Assembly: GCA_965207445.1 (NCBI GenBank)
Contig: CBDBLX010000002.1
Span: 672,001-736,000, forward strand
Reading direction: 5' to 3'
DNA length: 64,000 bases
Origin: Nitrosopumilus sp.
GTDB taxonomy: Archaea > Thermoproteota > Nitrososphaeria > Nitrososphaerales > Nitrosopumilaceae
Shown here: positions 20,042-30,503 of the stretch, piece by piece
Position numbering within the stretch: the first letter of the stretch is position 1
Layout of the letters: each line of letters begins with the position of its first letter
Made by a program: the position numbers and the translations under genes
Notes under the pieces: model-generated
Databases searched by the model: none
The model's input: only the letters and a program-made list of their open reading frames with translations
What the model was told of the DNA's origin: nothing

Positions 20042-21000
20042 TGTGCTAGTCCCTCTCTCCACTTTGATGCAAGTTCATTGACTCCTTTTGATATCATCTC
20101 TTCTCCTGCTTTTGTACCAATGTCATGCGGTGTTGTACTATCTTTACTCTCTTTGATCTGAACCTTGATCTCTTTACTACCATCAATTGAGAATGCATCT
20201 GCTTTTATCATTATATGTGACTCTGAACATGTGGCTATTGCGCCTACTGGAAATCTGCATCCTGAATCCACTGCATCTGAAAAGGCTCGTTCTGCATCTG
20301 TTTCTGCTCTTGATTCTATGTGCTGTATTTTTTGCAACATCTCAACTGTATCTGCATCTTCTGTCCTTGATATTATTGCAAGTGCACCTTGCCCTGGTGA
20401 TGGTAAAAACACCTCTTGTGTTAGATCATGATATGCCACATCTACTAGTCCAAGCCTTGCGATTCCTGCATATGCTAGTACTATTCCATCTATGTTCTTT
20501 TCATTACTAGTATGTTTACCATCAAGCATGTTTATTCGAGTCTCTACGTTTCCACGTATTGGCCTTACCGTAATGTCTGGTCTTGCCCTTGTAACCTGTA
20601 CTGCTCTTCTCAGACTACTTGTCCCAATCACTGCCCCCTGTGTCATCTGTTCTAGTGATCTTCCATCTGTTGTTATCAATATGTCTTTTGTATAGTTGCG
20701 TTTTGGTACACTTGCAAGTGTCAGTTCGTCTGGCAGCCTGGATGGGACATCTTTTAGACTATGCACTGCAAAGTCGGCTCTACCATCCATAACTGCCCTG
20801 TTGACTTCTTTTTCAAATATGCCCTTTTGATCAATTGCAAATAGTGGACGTGCATCAGTATCGCCCTTTGTTGTTATTGTTTTAGTATCGTATGCAATAT
20901 GTGGATTCTTTAATTTTAACTGTTCTATTACATAATTAGTTTGCGCAAGAGCCAATTTACTTGCACGCGTTGCTATAACATATCTTGTCTTATTTGTCAT
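20026..21000 (-). CDS. hemC: Porphobilinogen deaminase
   Basis: TRASKLALAQ, VHSLKDVP, GTSSLRR, RGNVETR. Confidence 0.95.
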   Translation of the reverse strand: MTNKTRYVIATRASKLALAQTNYVIEQLKLKNPHIAYDTKTITTKGDTDARPLFAIDQKGIFEKEVNRAVMDGRADFAVHSLKDVPSRLPDELTLASVPKRNYTKDILITTDGRSLEQMTQGAVIGTSSLRRAVQVTRARPDITVRPIRGNVETRINMLDGKHTSNEKNIDGIVLAYAGIARLGLVDVAYHDLTQEVFLPSPGQGALAIISRTEDADTVEMLQKIQHIESRAETDAERAFSDAVDSGCRFPVGAIATCSESHIMIKADAFSIDGSKEIKVQIKESKDSTTPHDIGTKAGEEMISKGVNELASKWREGLAQWNQK

Positions 21001-21014
21001 ATTTCATCTAATCA

Positions 21015-22313
21015 TTATGATTCCTGCTTGGCAATATATCTCAGTGTTGCCTCATATGCATGTGTGACTCTCTCTATGTCTTGTGTAGTATGTGCATTTG
21101 ATAAAAATGCTACCTCAAACTGAGATGGGGCCACAAACACATTGTGCTTTTGTAATAGATGTGTACTGAATGCTTGAAACTTTTTCTTGTCACATTGGAG
21201 CGCATCTGCATTGTTTTGTATCGTGTTTGTTTTTTCTGTAAAGAATATCTGCATCATGGATCCAATGTAATTTGTCACGTGCGGTATGCCATATGTTGTG
21301 GCAGTATCATCTATTGCTTTTGCCATATGCTTGCAATTTTTCTCTAGTTTTACATACATTGTATTCTTTAACTTGTTTACAGTTTTAATTGATGCTATTG
21401 CTGCGCTTACAGATACAGGATTTCCTGCAAATGTGCTTGCCTGATATACTGGACCATTGGGTGCCAAATACTCCATTAACTTTTTGTCACCTCCAACTGC
21501 TGCTATGCCAAAACCATTACTCATGGCCTTTGCAATTGTAGTAATGTCTGGTTTTACATTATAGTACTGTTGTGCTCCACCTGGTGACATTCTAAATCCA
21601 GTCACAACCTCATCAAAAATCAAAATAATCCCGTGTTGTTTTGTTATCTTGCGCAACTTTTGCAAAAATCCTTTTTTTGGCAACACAAGTCCCATGTTTG
21701 CCATTATGGGCTCTATTATCACACATGCAATATCATCTGCATTCTTTTCAATTATGTGTTCTAGTCCATCTATGTCATTGTACTCTGTCACTAGTGTATC
21801 TCTTGCAGTCTTTTTGGGAACACCTTTTGATGCTGGTATGCCATACTGTGTTGCCCCTGAACCTGCCCCGACTAGAACTGAGTCATGTGCGCCGTGATAA
21901 CATCCATCAAACTTTAGTATCTTGTCTTTTTTTGTATGTCCTCTTGCAATACGAATGGCAGTCATTGTGGCCTCCCCCCCTGTATTTACAAGCCTCACTT
22001 TGTCAATTGAAGGATAACTGTTTGTAATCAATGTGGCAAGCTCAGTCTCTTTTTGTGTAGGCGCGCAGTATAACGTACCTTGTTTTAGTTGTGCTGCTGC
22101 TGCATCTATAATCTCTTTTCTGCGATGCCCTAGCAATAATGCACCATACCCGCAACACATATCTGTAATCTTTTGTTTATCTTCAGTCCACATGTAGCAT
22201 CCATCTGATCTCTTTACAAAAAACGGATATGGCTCAAAATAACGTACAGGACTTGTGACTCCTGATGCGATGACCTTTTTTGCTTGTTTGAATCTAGCAC
22301 TTGATGTTGTCAT
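21015..22313 (-). CDS. hemL: Glutamate-1-semialdehyde 2,1-aminomutase
   Basis: GV.SPVR, YHGAHD, FDEVVTGFR, TFAGNP. Confidence 0.95.
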   Translation of the reverse strand: MTTSSARFKQAKKVIASGVTSPVRYFEPYPFFVKRSDGCYMWTEDKQKITDMCCGYGALLLGHRRKEIIDAAAAQLKQGTLYCAPTQKETELATLITNSYPSIDKVRLVNTGGEATMTAIRIARGHTKKDKILKFDGCYHGAHDSVLVGAGSGATQYGIPASKGVPKKTARDTLVTEYNDIDGLEHIIEKNADDIACVIIEPIMANMGLVLPKKGFLQKLRKITKQHGIILIFDEVVTGFRMSPGGAQQYYNVKPDITTIAKAMSNGFGIAAVGGDKKLMEYLAPNGPVYQASTFAGNPVSVSAAIASIKTVNKLKNTMYVKLEKNCKHMAKAIDDTATTYGIPHVTNYIGSMMQIFFTEKTNTIQNNADALQCDKKKFQAFSTHLLQKHNVFVAPSQFEVAFLSNAHTTQDIERVTHAYEATLRYIAKQES

Positions 22314-22454
22314 GTTTTTATCTTGTACATGACACTATTAATTCTAGTAGTGTGTGGCTGAACTATATTTTTCAACATTTCGTTTAATGACTAGTCATTT
22401 AGATATGTCTCATATTTTTGAATATGACATTTCAAACAATTACATTTCAAACAA

Positions 22455-23135
22455 TCATTTTGTAAACTTTTGTCTATACACCATCGCAATTACTATGGTT
22501 CCTATAAAAGGTGCACTCATGTACAACCACAAGTCTTGCACTACGCCTGATAATATGGCAGGCGCAAGAGCTCTTACTGGATTCATAGATGCACCTGACA
22601 AATCACCAAAAAGCAATATATCTAGTGCTATAATTCCACCAATGGCAACTCCACTAAACCCTCTTAATCCTTTTGTGTATACTACACACAATATTATGCC
22701 CATCAATAATCCTGATGCTAGCACCTCTACTGCAAACATCTCTGGTATCTGTATACTGTGGTTTGGTGCATTTGCACCAATATTTGCCTCGGTACCTATG
22801 AATTTCATAACAAATAGCGATCCTAACATGGCGCCCGTAATCTCTGCGAGCAGATACCATCCAATCTGTATACGTGTTATATGCCCTGTCACATAGTATG
22901 CAATTGTGACTGCTGGATTAAAATGAGCCATTGATATCTTTCCAAATGCATATACGCCTATGATCAATGCCACAAACGGTCCGGCCGCTGCTATCCATAA
23001 TCCATACACGTTTCCTATTTGTGCATCATATACAATAGTGCCAGTTGCAAGTACAACGAGAATAAATGTGCCTATTAACTCAACAATAAATATATGAATA
23101 TTAGAATATCTTGCCAACATGTCCATCTTTTTCAT
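22455..23135 (-). CDS. MIP-family aquaporin/metalloid channel
   Basis: HFNPAVT and SMNPVR (NPA/NPV) motifs, six TM helices. Confidence 0.9.
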   Translation of the reverse strand: MKKMDMLARYSNIHIFIVELIGTFILVVLATGTIVYDAQIGNVYGLWIAAAGPFVALIIGVYAFGKISMAHFNPAVTIAYYVTGHITRIQIGWYLLAEITGAMLGSLFVMKFIGTEANIGANAPNHSIQIPEMFAVEVLASGLLMGIILCVVYTKGLRGFSGVAIGGIIALDILLFGDLSGASMNPVRALAPAILSGVVQDLWLYMSAPFIGTIVIAMVYRQKFTK

Positions 23136-23578
23136 TATTCATGAAATTCTTCTTTTTCGTCTGTGCCCTTTAACTCATTTATCATATCTATAACTTTACC
23201 TCTTATTGTATCTCGTATCTTGCGTACTTGTTCTATGCTCTTGTCTTTTGGATCATCAATGTCCCAATTTATGATATTGTGTTGTTTTGTTAATAGTATT
23301 GCAGGACATGAATCTGTATCAATACAACCCATATTCACCACTATGACATCTTTTGTTTGAGTGATATCTTCTTTGATCTCTTTTGGTGTGTTGTTTGCAA
23401 TATCAATATCAATCTCTTGCATTACCTTGATTACATTTGGGTTTATACATGCACTTGGTTTGGTCCCTGCACTTTGTACTTTGATGTGTGGTGCCATTGT
23501 TTTTAAAAAGCCTTCTGCCATCTGACTTCGTGCGGCATTCTCTACGCATACAAACAATACATTTTTTTGGTTTGTCAT
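23135..23578 (-). CDS. arsC: Arsenate reductase, LMW-PTP fold
   Basis: CVENAARSQMAE (CX5R) plus the downstream Cys pair GCIDTDSCP and DDPK. Confidence 0.85.
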   Translation of the reverse strand: MTNQKNVLFVCVENAARSQMAEGFLKTMAPHIKVQSAGTKPSACINPNVIKVMQEIDIDIANNTPKEIKEDITQTKDVIVVNMGCIDTDSCPAILLTKQHNIINWDIDDPKDKSIEQVRKIRDTIRGKVIDMINELKGTDEKEEFHE

Positions 23579-23580
23579 TT

Positions 23581-23621
23581 AAAATTGATATAAATACTAG
23601 TTTATATAAACTTGAATTTAT
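23581..23621. promoter_or_regulatory. Divergent arsC/arsR promoter region with 14-bp palindrome AGTTTATATAAACT (23599-23612)
   Basis: 43-bp gap between divergent starts; the palindrome contains TATA-like sequence on both strands; operator role inferred. Confidence 0.5.
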
Positions 23622-23939
23622 ATGAATAATGGTGGTATTTGGCTCTTAAAGTGTATTTGTGATGATACTCGTTTTGAGATACTCGAGTTATTGCAAGAGA
23701 GTCATGAATTGTGTGTTGGTGACTTTGTAGATTTGATGGAAAAGGACCAGCCATTAATATCACATCATTTAAAAAAACTCAAAGAATGTGGTATAGTAAC
23801 ATCTAGACGTCACGGCAAACAGATAATGTATAAAATAACTAGTCCGGATCTTGCAGAATTAATATCAGGTATTGCTAATACTGGGAAAAATATCTTACCT
23901 GCTATGTGTGGCAACACAGATGATAATTCTACATGTTAG
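23622..23939 (+). CDS. arsR: ArsR/SmtB family transcriptional regulator
   Basis: TRFEIL..L, ELCVGD, QPLISHHLKKLKECG wHTH. Confidence 0.88.
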   Translation: MNNGGIWLLKCICDDTRFEILELLQESHELCVGDFVDLMEKDQPLISHHLKKLKECGIVTSRRHGKQIMYKITSPDLAELISGIANTGKNILPAMCGNTDDNSTC

Positions 23940-24262
23940 TAGTCTGCAATGTGCCCAATTCTAATGATCTTATTTTTAATTATACAGTGCGGTACATTTA
24001 CTGTGGCAAGTAACTATCATGTTTTAATTCCCATTAAAGCAGTCTTTTGATCAATCTAACAGTTGAATCCACAAACACATCCATTGTAAATAATTTTCTA
24101 TCTAGACCCATAGTAATTTTCGTGCCTTGTCATAATATTTCCATCTGGTCATATCAATTTCAATCATACCAAATTTAGCAATATATGAATACAATTGAAT
24201 ATTAACCTAGTTTACAAGAGCGTCATTATATCTTGTAAATGAAAGCAAATAATTTCATCATA

Positions 24263-24892
24263 TTACTCTGGTTGTCGCTTGCCACTGATAATATAACTAA
24301 CCGTTCTGCTCATGTGCATTGCATGATCTGCAACTCGTTCTAAATACCCAAGCAATAATGCTTCTGCAAGTACACATTTTGTATTGGTTTCTTGCGTAGC
24401 GAGCATCGAAAACCTCTCCTTGCAAAGCTTGTCTACATACTCTTCGTTTATCTTTATCATATTGAACTTACTGTCATCAAGAAGTGCAAATGAATGCAGT
24501 GCATCCTTTGTCATCTGAAGCGTCTCATTTGATACTTGATATAGCCATTTGTTATTGCATGATGATATGTCTCCAAATTTATCTCTAACAAGCGTAATGT
24601 CATATGCATATCGTCCAAATCTATGAAATGCATATGATATCTCAATTGCTGATCTGATGAATCTAAAGTCCGATGCCATGGGTTGAAACTTTAGCATTGT
24701 GGTGAATATGAGGTCTCCTACTTTGTGATACATGTTTGTGATATTCTCTGATATCTGCCTAACTTCTATTATGGGATTGGTCCCTTTCAAATATGAATTA
24801 ATTGCATATTCTAGGCCTTGAATTGAAAGATCTCCCATCTCTGACATTGATGCTGAGAGATTGTGAAGATTTGTATCGATAAGTCTAGTCAT
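24263..24892 (-). CDS. phoU: Phosphate uptake regulator PhoU
   Basis: FQPMASDFR, LERVADHA; downstream of pst genes. Confidence 0.88.
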   Translation of the reverse strand: MTRLIDTNLHNLSASMSEMGDLSIQGLEYAINSYLKGTNPIIEVRQISENITNMYHKVGDLIFTTMLKFQPMASDFRFIRSAIEISYAFHRFGRYAYDITLVRDKFGDISSCNNKWLYQVSNETLQMTKDALHSFALLDDSKFNMIKINEEYVDKLCKERFSMLATQETNTKCVLAEALLLGYLERVADHAMHMSRTVSYIISGKRQPE

Positions 24893-24942
24893 TCACATTG
24901 TTTGGTATATGGTTCTACTTTAATTGTATTGAGAATTGGCGG

Positions 24943-25024
24943 ATAACCATTCAACTTATTCCCAAATTTAGGCACAGACTCGCCGCCTAACATCTGGTGC
25001 AGACATCGGGGGTTGAACGGTTAC
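24943..25024 (+). mobile_element. MITE family A copy
   Basis: ATAACCATTCAACT...GGTTGAACGGTTAC with conserved core CCCAAATTTAGGCACAGACTCGCCGCCTAACATCTGG; no TSD visible. Confidence 0.85.
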
Positions 25025-25226
25025 TTTATTCTTTGGTGTATGATTGTGCATATTGCAACATACTGCCATAATTTTGAACATAAAAATAGTCATATTGTGA
25101 TCTCCTGTAACGTTTTCACAATTGGACTTTGCCACATGTGATTATTTCAGGCACGAAATCACAAAAATCCACTGTACAGAAACTTATGCTCGTTGCTATA
25201 TGTTGTCAATTAAATTAATGTCACAT

Positions 25227-26081
25227 TTAACCAAATTGACCTTCAACATACTTGGCGGTAAGCTCATTCTTTGGATTTTGAAATATGTTATCTGTTTTTC
25301 CATGTTCTACTAGTTTGCCCAAATACATGAATCCCGTATAGTCTGAGCATCTTATGGCTTGTTGCATGTTGTGGGTGATAATAATTATACAATATTCATT
25401 TGAGAGAACTTTTATCGTCTCTTCTATCTTTTGTGTTGCAATTGGGTCCAATGCTGATGCTGGTTCATCCATTAATAATACCTCTGGCTGTATTGCAAGA
25501 GCCCTTGCGATACAAAGTCGTTGTTGTTGCCCCCCTGATAGTTCAATTGCAGGTTTCTGTAACTCATCTCTTACCTCATCCCACAAATATGCCATCTTTA
25601 GGCAATCTTCTACTATCTCATCTAGTATAGAAGAGTTTTTGACACCATTGAGTTTTACACCAGATACAACATTGTCATATATTGACATGGTTGGGAATGG
25701 ATTTGGCTTTTGAAAGACCATCCCTACCTTTCTTCTGTGGTATATTGGATCTATGGCTGAGTCGTACAGATCAGTCTGATCTATCATAACCTTTCCCTTT
25801 ACATGTGCATCTGGTGTCATGTCATGCATTCTATTCAGACAGCGCAAAAATGTCGTCTTGCCACAACCTGATGGTCCTATCAAAGACGTGATAGAGTTTT
25901 CAGGAAATTTCAAACTTACATTTTTTACTGCAAGCGTGTCTCCATAATGAACACTTACATTCTTTGCAATCATCTTGAATCGTTTATTCTCAAACAGTTC
26001 ATCATCGTACCTATTTGTGGTGTATGTTGTATCTTGATGTGTCGGTTGCGTTTGCGCTTCTGTTGTTATTGTACGGCTCAA
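25227..26081 (-). CDS. pstB: Phosphate ABC transporter ATPase
   Basis: GPSGCGKT, FQKPNPFP, LSGGQQQRLCIAR. Confidence 0.95.
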   Translation of the reverse strand: MSRTITTEAQTQPTHQDTTYTTNRYDDELFENKRFKMIAKNVSVHYGDTLAVKNVSLKFPENSITSLIGPSGCGKTTFLRCLNRMHDMTPDAHVKGKVMIDQTDLYDSAIDPIYHRRKVGMVFQKPNPFPTMSIYDNVVSGVKLNGVKNSSILDEIVEDCLKMAYLWDEVRDELQKPAIELSGGQQQRLCIARALAIQPEVLLMDEPASALDPIATQKIEETIKVLSNEYCIIIITHNMQQAIRCSDYTGFMYLGKLVEHGKTDNIFQNPKNELTAKYVEGQFG

Positions 26082-27214
26082 TTAGTTACCCCTCCGCCCT
26101 CTTTTTGTGCCAATAAACCTTTTGACGATGATGATGATGCCGATGGTGATAACGATGACGTCAATTGTGATGATGCCGATGCCGATGATGGTGATGAACT
26201 ATGTTCTGTGTATGGTGGGGGTTGTTGTTGTTGTGATGTTGTCTTTGTATTTGATTTACCGTTGCGTCTTTTTCCCTGAAAGTAATACCTCACACCTACG
26301 TGTATGGCAAGTATTATAATCACTAGTACTAGTGCTGCACCCCACCCTGCTAACCTGGCTTCTTCATATGGTAACAATGAGAATCGCCATATACGCAACG
26401 GCAACGCATCCATGGGTGCATCTAGTGATGAAAAGAATTGACTACTTCCAAGTATGGTCATGATGAGTGGAGCAGTCTCACCTCCTATCCTTGAGATCGA
26501 TAACAATATGCCCGTTAGTAGTCCTTGTTTTGCAGATGCAAGCACAATTTTGATCGCAATGGTAGTTTTTTTGAGCCCTAGTGCGGTTCCTGCTTCACGA
26601 TATGTCCATGGCACCAACTTTAACTGCTCTTCAGTAGCTCTTGCAACTATTGGAAACATGATAAGTGAAAGTGCAAACGCGCCTGCCCATATTGAAAAAT
26701 GTCCTAGCAACAATACAATTGCCAAAAATGCAAATAACCCTAAAACGATAGATGGCACCTGCATAAAAACATCAAGCCAAAACCTAATCTGTTTTGTCAA
26801 TCTTCCTTTTGTTCCTACTTCTGACAAGTAGATGCCTGCCCCTATTCCGATCGGTATTCCAATAACTGATGAAAGCCCAATTATGATTATGGTCCCTTGT
26901 ATTGCTGGTCCAATATTTATTGTTCCAGCTCCAATGGCACCTGGCTCTTCTGTTAAAAAGTCAATTGTCAAGGCTGGCACCCCACCTACAATAAGTTGTC
27001 CTAGTATCCAAAACAGTGGTACGATGGCTATTATGGCACATGCTGTAATGCTGCCGATCATTATGCGATCTACTTTTAATCTATTGTTGACATTTGACTT
27101 GAACATTGCTCTTATCTCTGAGCGTCTTTGAGCTCTTGTTTTTGTTGCATTTGTGTCATTATTACTACTAATGTCATTGTTGCTATGAGTATACTCACCA
27201 TCTCTTTGATTCAA
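26078..27214 (-). CDS. pstA: Phosphate ABC transporter permease with Q/S-rich C-terminal tail
   Basis: VPSIVLG, REAG.ALG, RIGGETAPL. Confidence 0.93.
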   Translation of the reverse strand: MNQRDGEYTHSNNDISSNNDTNATKTRAQRRSEIRAMFKSNVNNRLKVDRIMIGSITACAIIAIVPLFWILGQLIVGGVPALTIDFLTEEPGAIGAGTINIGPAIQGTIIIIGLSSVIGIPIGIGAGIYLSEVGTKGRLTKQIRFWLDVFMQVPSIVLGLFAFLAIVLLLGHFSIWAGAFALSLIMFPIVARATEEQLKLVPWTYREAGTALGLKKTTIAIKIVLASAKQGLLTGILLSISRIGGETAPLIMTILGSSQFFSSLDAPMDALPLRIWRFSLLPYEEARLAGWGAALVLVIIILAIHVGVRYYFQGKRRNGKSNTKTTSQQQQPPPYTEHSSSPSSASASSQLTSSLSPSASSSSSKGLLAQKEGGGVTN

Positions 27215-28197
27215 TTCTTTATTGCCCCCTCTCTCATCTTTAGCATTCTAGTTACAATATAATGAGCAAATACATTAACTGCCATGGCTACTAGTAACAG
27301 CACCAATCCTACTCCTATGAGCGCAGGTAGATGGATAGATGCCGGTGACGCTTCTATGAACTCATTTGCAATAATACTTGACATTGTCTGGCTTGGATCA
27401 AACAGTGATTGTGGTATTGCAGCTATTCCTGTTGCGTTGCCAATAAGCATAGTGACTGCCATGGTCTCACCTATTGCTCTGCCAAGTCCTAGTATTGCAG
27501 CGCCCATTAATCCTGCTTTGGAATATGGAAATACTGCAAGCTTGAACATCTCCCAAGTTGTGCTGCCAAGCATGTATGCTGCCTCTTTTTGTTGATGTGG
27601 TACTGCCATCATTACCTCTCGTGATACAGCAGATATCGTAGGTATGATCATTATTGCTAAAATTATACTTGCAGAGAGTACATCTAACCCAAAGGGTGCA
27701 CCTGAGAACAAAAATATAGAGTCACCAAATGTATCATGCAATGGCTTTTCTATCCAGTCTCTAAAGTATATTCTAAATACAAACAGTCCCCACAGTCCAT
27801 ACACTACACTTGGAACTGCTTCGAGTAATTCTATTAAATATCCCATGGGACGTCCTATTCTTTTTGGGACTATCATGACAAACATTGCTATACCTATGCT
27901 AAGTGGTAGTGCAATTGTCATAGCTATGGCAGATGTAATCAGAGTACCCAAGATGTATGGCAAAGCACCAAATGACTCTCGATCTTCTACTGCATTCCAA
28001 TCTGTTCCAAAAATAAATCCGGCGACTCCTTCCTCTTGCCAAATAGGTCCTGACTCCCAGCCAAGCTGAACTACCATGATCAAAATTATGGCAAGCACAT
28101 AGACTCCTGCCATTATGGCCCCTACTTTGAATAACTTATCTATAATAGGTGGTCTACCTTCCTTTGCTACAATGTTAGACAAATATTTTTTTCTCAT
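27211..28197 (-). CDS. pstC: Phosphate ABC transporter permease
   Basis: VPSVVYGLWG, GRAIGETMAV. Confidence 0.93.
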   Translation of the reverse strand: MRKKYLSNIVAKEGRPPIIDKLFKVGAIMAGVYVLAIILIMVVQLGWESGPIWQEEGVAGFIFGTDWNAVEDRESFGALPYILGTLITSAIAMTIALPLSIGIAMFVMIVPKRIGRPMGYLIELLEAVPSVVYGLWGLFVFRIYFRDWIEKPLHDTFGDSIFLFSGAPFGLDVLSASIILAIMIIPTISAVSREVMMAVPHQQKEAAYMLGSTTWEMFKLAVFPYSKAGLMGAAILGLGRAIGETMAVTMLIGNATGIAAIPQSLFDPSQTMSSIIANEFIEASPASIHLPALIGVGLVLLLVAMAVNVFAHYIVTRMLKMREGAIKN

Positions 28198-28667
28198 AAT
28201 GTGACCAATGCATGTTATAATATGTAGTGCGTGTCTATATTCTATAGTTTAGTTGTATGGGGTTGTATTCTATATAGAATTAATAATTATTGTATTTTTA
28301 AATGAGTAATTTAGGTACAAATCTATCTTTAGCATAAAATAATGGTCCAAAAATTTTGTGGCTCAGAGATGTCACTTGTCATATATCGTACGTGTCATGA
28401 AAATATGTGTTTAATTCTTAGAATACTTTAGTTGGATATGTTTGATCTATGACACAACAGTAGTATGATGAATAATGGCTATACCCAACACAAAAACAAA
28501 CAACATGGCAAATATTTCAAAAAAGGCTAGTGAAAGAAGATTTGAGACATGCGAAAAAATCTCAAAATAACTCTAGTGTGTATTTTACAATGATTCAATT
28601 ACTAAATATTATGTGATGTTCAAAATATGATCTTTAATATATAATGTTATAAAATATGTAATATGTG

Positions 28668-28738
28668 CACAAAATGTGCACAACATACACAAAATGTGCA
28701 CAACATACACACAATATACACAACATACACACAATATA
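28668..28738. repeat. Degenerate 20-bp tandem repeat in the pstS-pstC intergenic region
   Basis: CACAAAATGTGCACAACATA x2 followed by CACACAATATACACAACATA variants. Confidence 0.75.
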
Positions 28739-28968
28739 TGCATTAATATTTTTTATAATCATTTTTAATATATTTACATATATTTAAGTTGTTGTATAAT
28801 TTTAGAAATTGTTTTGTTGTATGCATGTCACACACCAAATAAATTGCAATCAAAAATTTTTAACAATTAATGATCAGAATCTAATAAAAATTCAGCTGTA
28901 ACAAATTGTTTCACACTTGCATTTCACACTGGCAATAAAAATAAAAAAGTGAAAAAGAAACTGATGGG

Positions 28969-30369
28969 TTATTCTATCTCAATGATTCCCTGTTGAATCA
29001 AATACTGTAGTGTAACTATTAGTTCACTATCTGATATGCCACCATTTGCATAAAACTCAAAGACTGTTTTTACCCATGCTGGAATCTTTTTTTCTGTTGT
29101 TGTATCTGTCTGTATGCTATCATCTTCAACACTCGTGGGTCCTGTGTATACCTGCTCACCTTGGTATGTGATCATTGACAATCCTTCTAACCCAATATTT
29201 TGGATTGGTTTGGATATTGGTACATACAACAGGTCTGCATTGTATTTTTGCCCATCAGTAATTATCCATGCAATAAGATCTACTGTCTCTTTTGCGTGAT
29301 TAGCATTCTTTACTGATCCTTCTAACTCTGGATGGATGACTATGTATGAAAAACTAGTAATTGGATATGCATTATCACCTGGTGCTGCAAGCAAGTCGAC
29401 ATCTCCCCAGTCTTCGTTTGCTTTTGGAAGTGTGGGTGCTGCTCCATTTGATGCATCTGATGCGCTTTCTAGTGTTGGCATTACAAAGTTAGTCTTGTCA
29501 CCGTTCTGCATTGCAGCAACAGTCATGTCTTCTTGGAATGCATATGCTAGTGTTATGTATCCAATTGCACCTTCAGTAGATTTTACTAGTCCTGCAACAC
29601 CTTCGTTTCCAGGAGCACTTCTTCCTCCTGCTGGCCATGGTACACTTTTACCTGCTCCAATATCTTTATCCCATTTAGGACATATCTTTGTAAGATAACT
29701 GGTCAACGCAAATGTTGTACCTGAACCATCTGATCTAGATGCTGCTAGAATCTGCTGATTTGGCATCTCAATGTCTGGATTGTGTTGTGTAATTTTGGGG
29801 TCGTCCCATTGAGTAATATCGCCTAGATATATCCCACAGAGCGCATCACCTGTCAGTTTTAACCCACTATCTACTCCTGGCAGATTATATGCAATAGATA
29901 TTGCACCTATCATCTCTGGTATCGTAATTGAACCTGGAGCTTTTTCATACTCTCTACTCTTCAATGGCGCATCTGATGCTGCAAAGTTTACTGTCTTTTC
30001 AATATGTTGTTTGATGCCTCCGCCACTTCCAATTGATTGATAGTTTAGTGTGATGTGTGGGTTGATTTCTGAATATTTTACTCGCCACAAATCCATCAAC
30101 GGAAATGCAAATGATGCACCTGCACCGTCTATTCTGACTTTTTCTTTACTCTCTTGTGCATGTGCCATCTGTATTGTCGTGTATATGTTATCTGATACTG
30201 TAGTAGTGGTGTCTGCGTTGTTTTCTGTTGTTATGTCTGTTGCTGTTGCTGTTGCTACTGTTGTTGCTACTGTTGTTGTTGTTGCGTATGTTACTCCTGC
30301 TGTAATTGATCCTAGCAAGAGTACGGATGCGATCATTATCATCATCCCCATCATAATTGGTTTTGTCAT
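28969..30369 (-). CDS. pstS: Phosphate-binding protein with C-terminal IPAWVK surface domain
   Basis: GAGASF, YQSIGSGGG, RSDGSGTT, GNEGV. Confidence 0.93.
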   Translation of the reverse strand: MTKPIMMGMMIMIASVLLLGSITAGVTYATTTTVATTVATATATDITTENNADTTTTVSDNIYTTIQMAHAQESKEKVRIDGAGASFAFPLMDLWRVKYSEINPHITLNYQSIGSGGGIKQHIEKTVNFAASDAPLKSREYEKAPGSITIPEMIGAISIAYNLPGVDSGLKLTGDALCGIYLGDITQWDDPKITQHNPDIEMPNQQILAASRSDGSGTTFALTSYLTKICPKWDKDIGAGKSVPWPAGGRSAPGNEGVAGLVKSTEGAIGYITLAYAFQEDMTVAAMQNGDKTNFVMPTLESASDASNGAAPTLPKANEDWGDVDLLAAPGDNAYPITSFSYIVIHPELEGSVKNANHAKETVDLIAWIITDGQKYNADLLYVPISKPIQNIGLEGLSMITYQGEQVYTGPTSVEDDSIQTDTTTEKKIPAWVKTVFEFYANGGISDSELIVTLQYLIQQGIIEIE

Positions 30370-30503
30370 TATTTGCCTTGTAATATTGGTATACTTAGGA
30401 TTAAAGTATATACTCTATGTATGTGTATGTTGTTCATGTGTATCTATTGTGAGGCATATGTATCTGCGTCATGCTCAAATACATTTGACTTGAATCTGTA
30501 GAT

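Noticed and set aside
24002..25137. Inverted TGTGGCAA...TTGCCACA around phoU as a second composite element
   Set aside because: Only 8-10 bp of match and no TSD found; compatible with chance.
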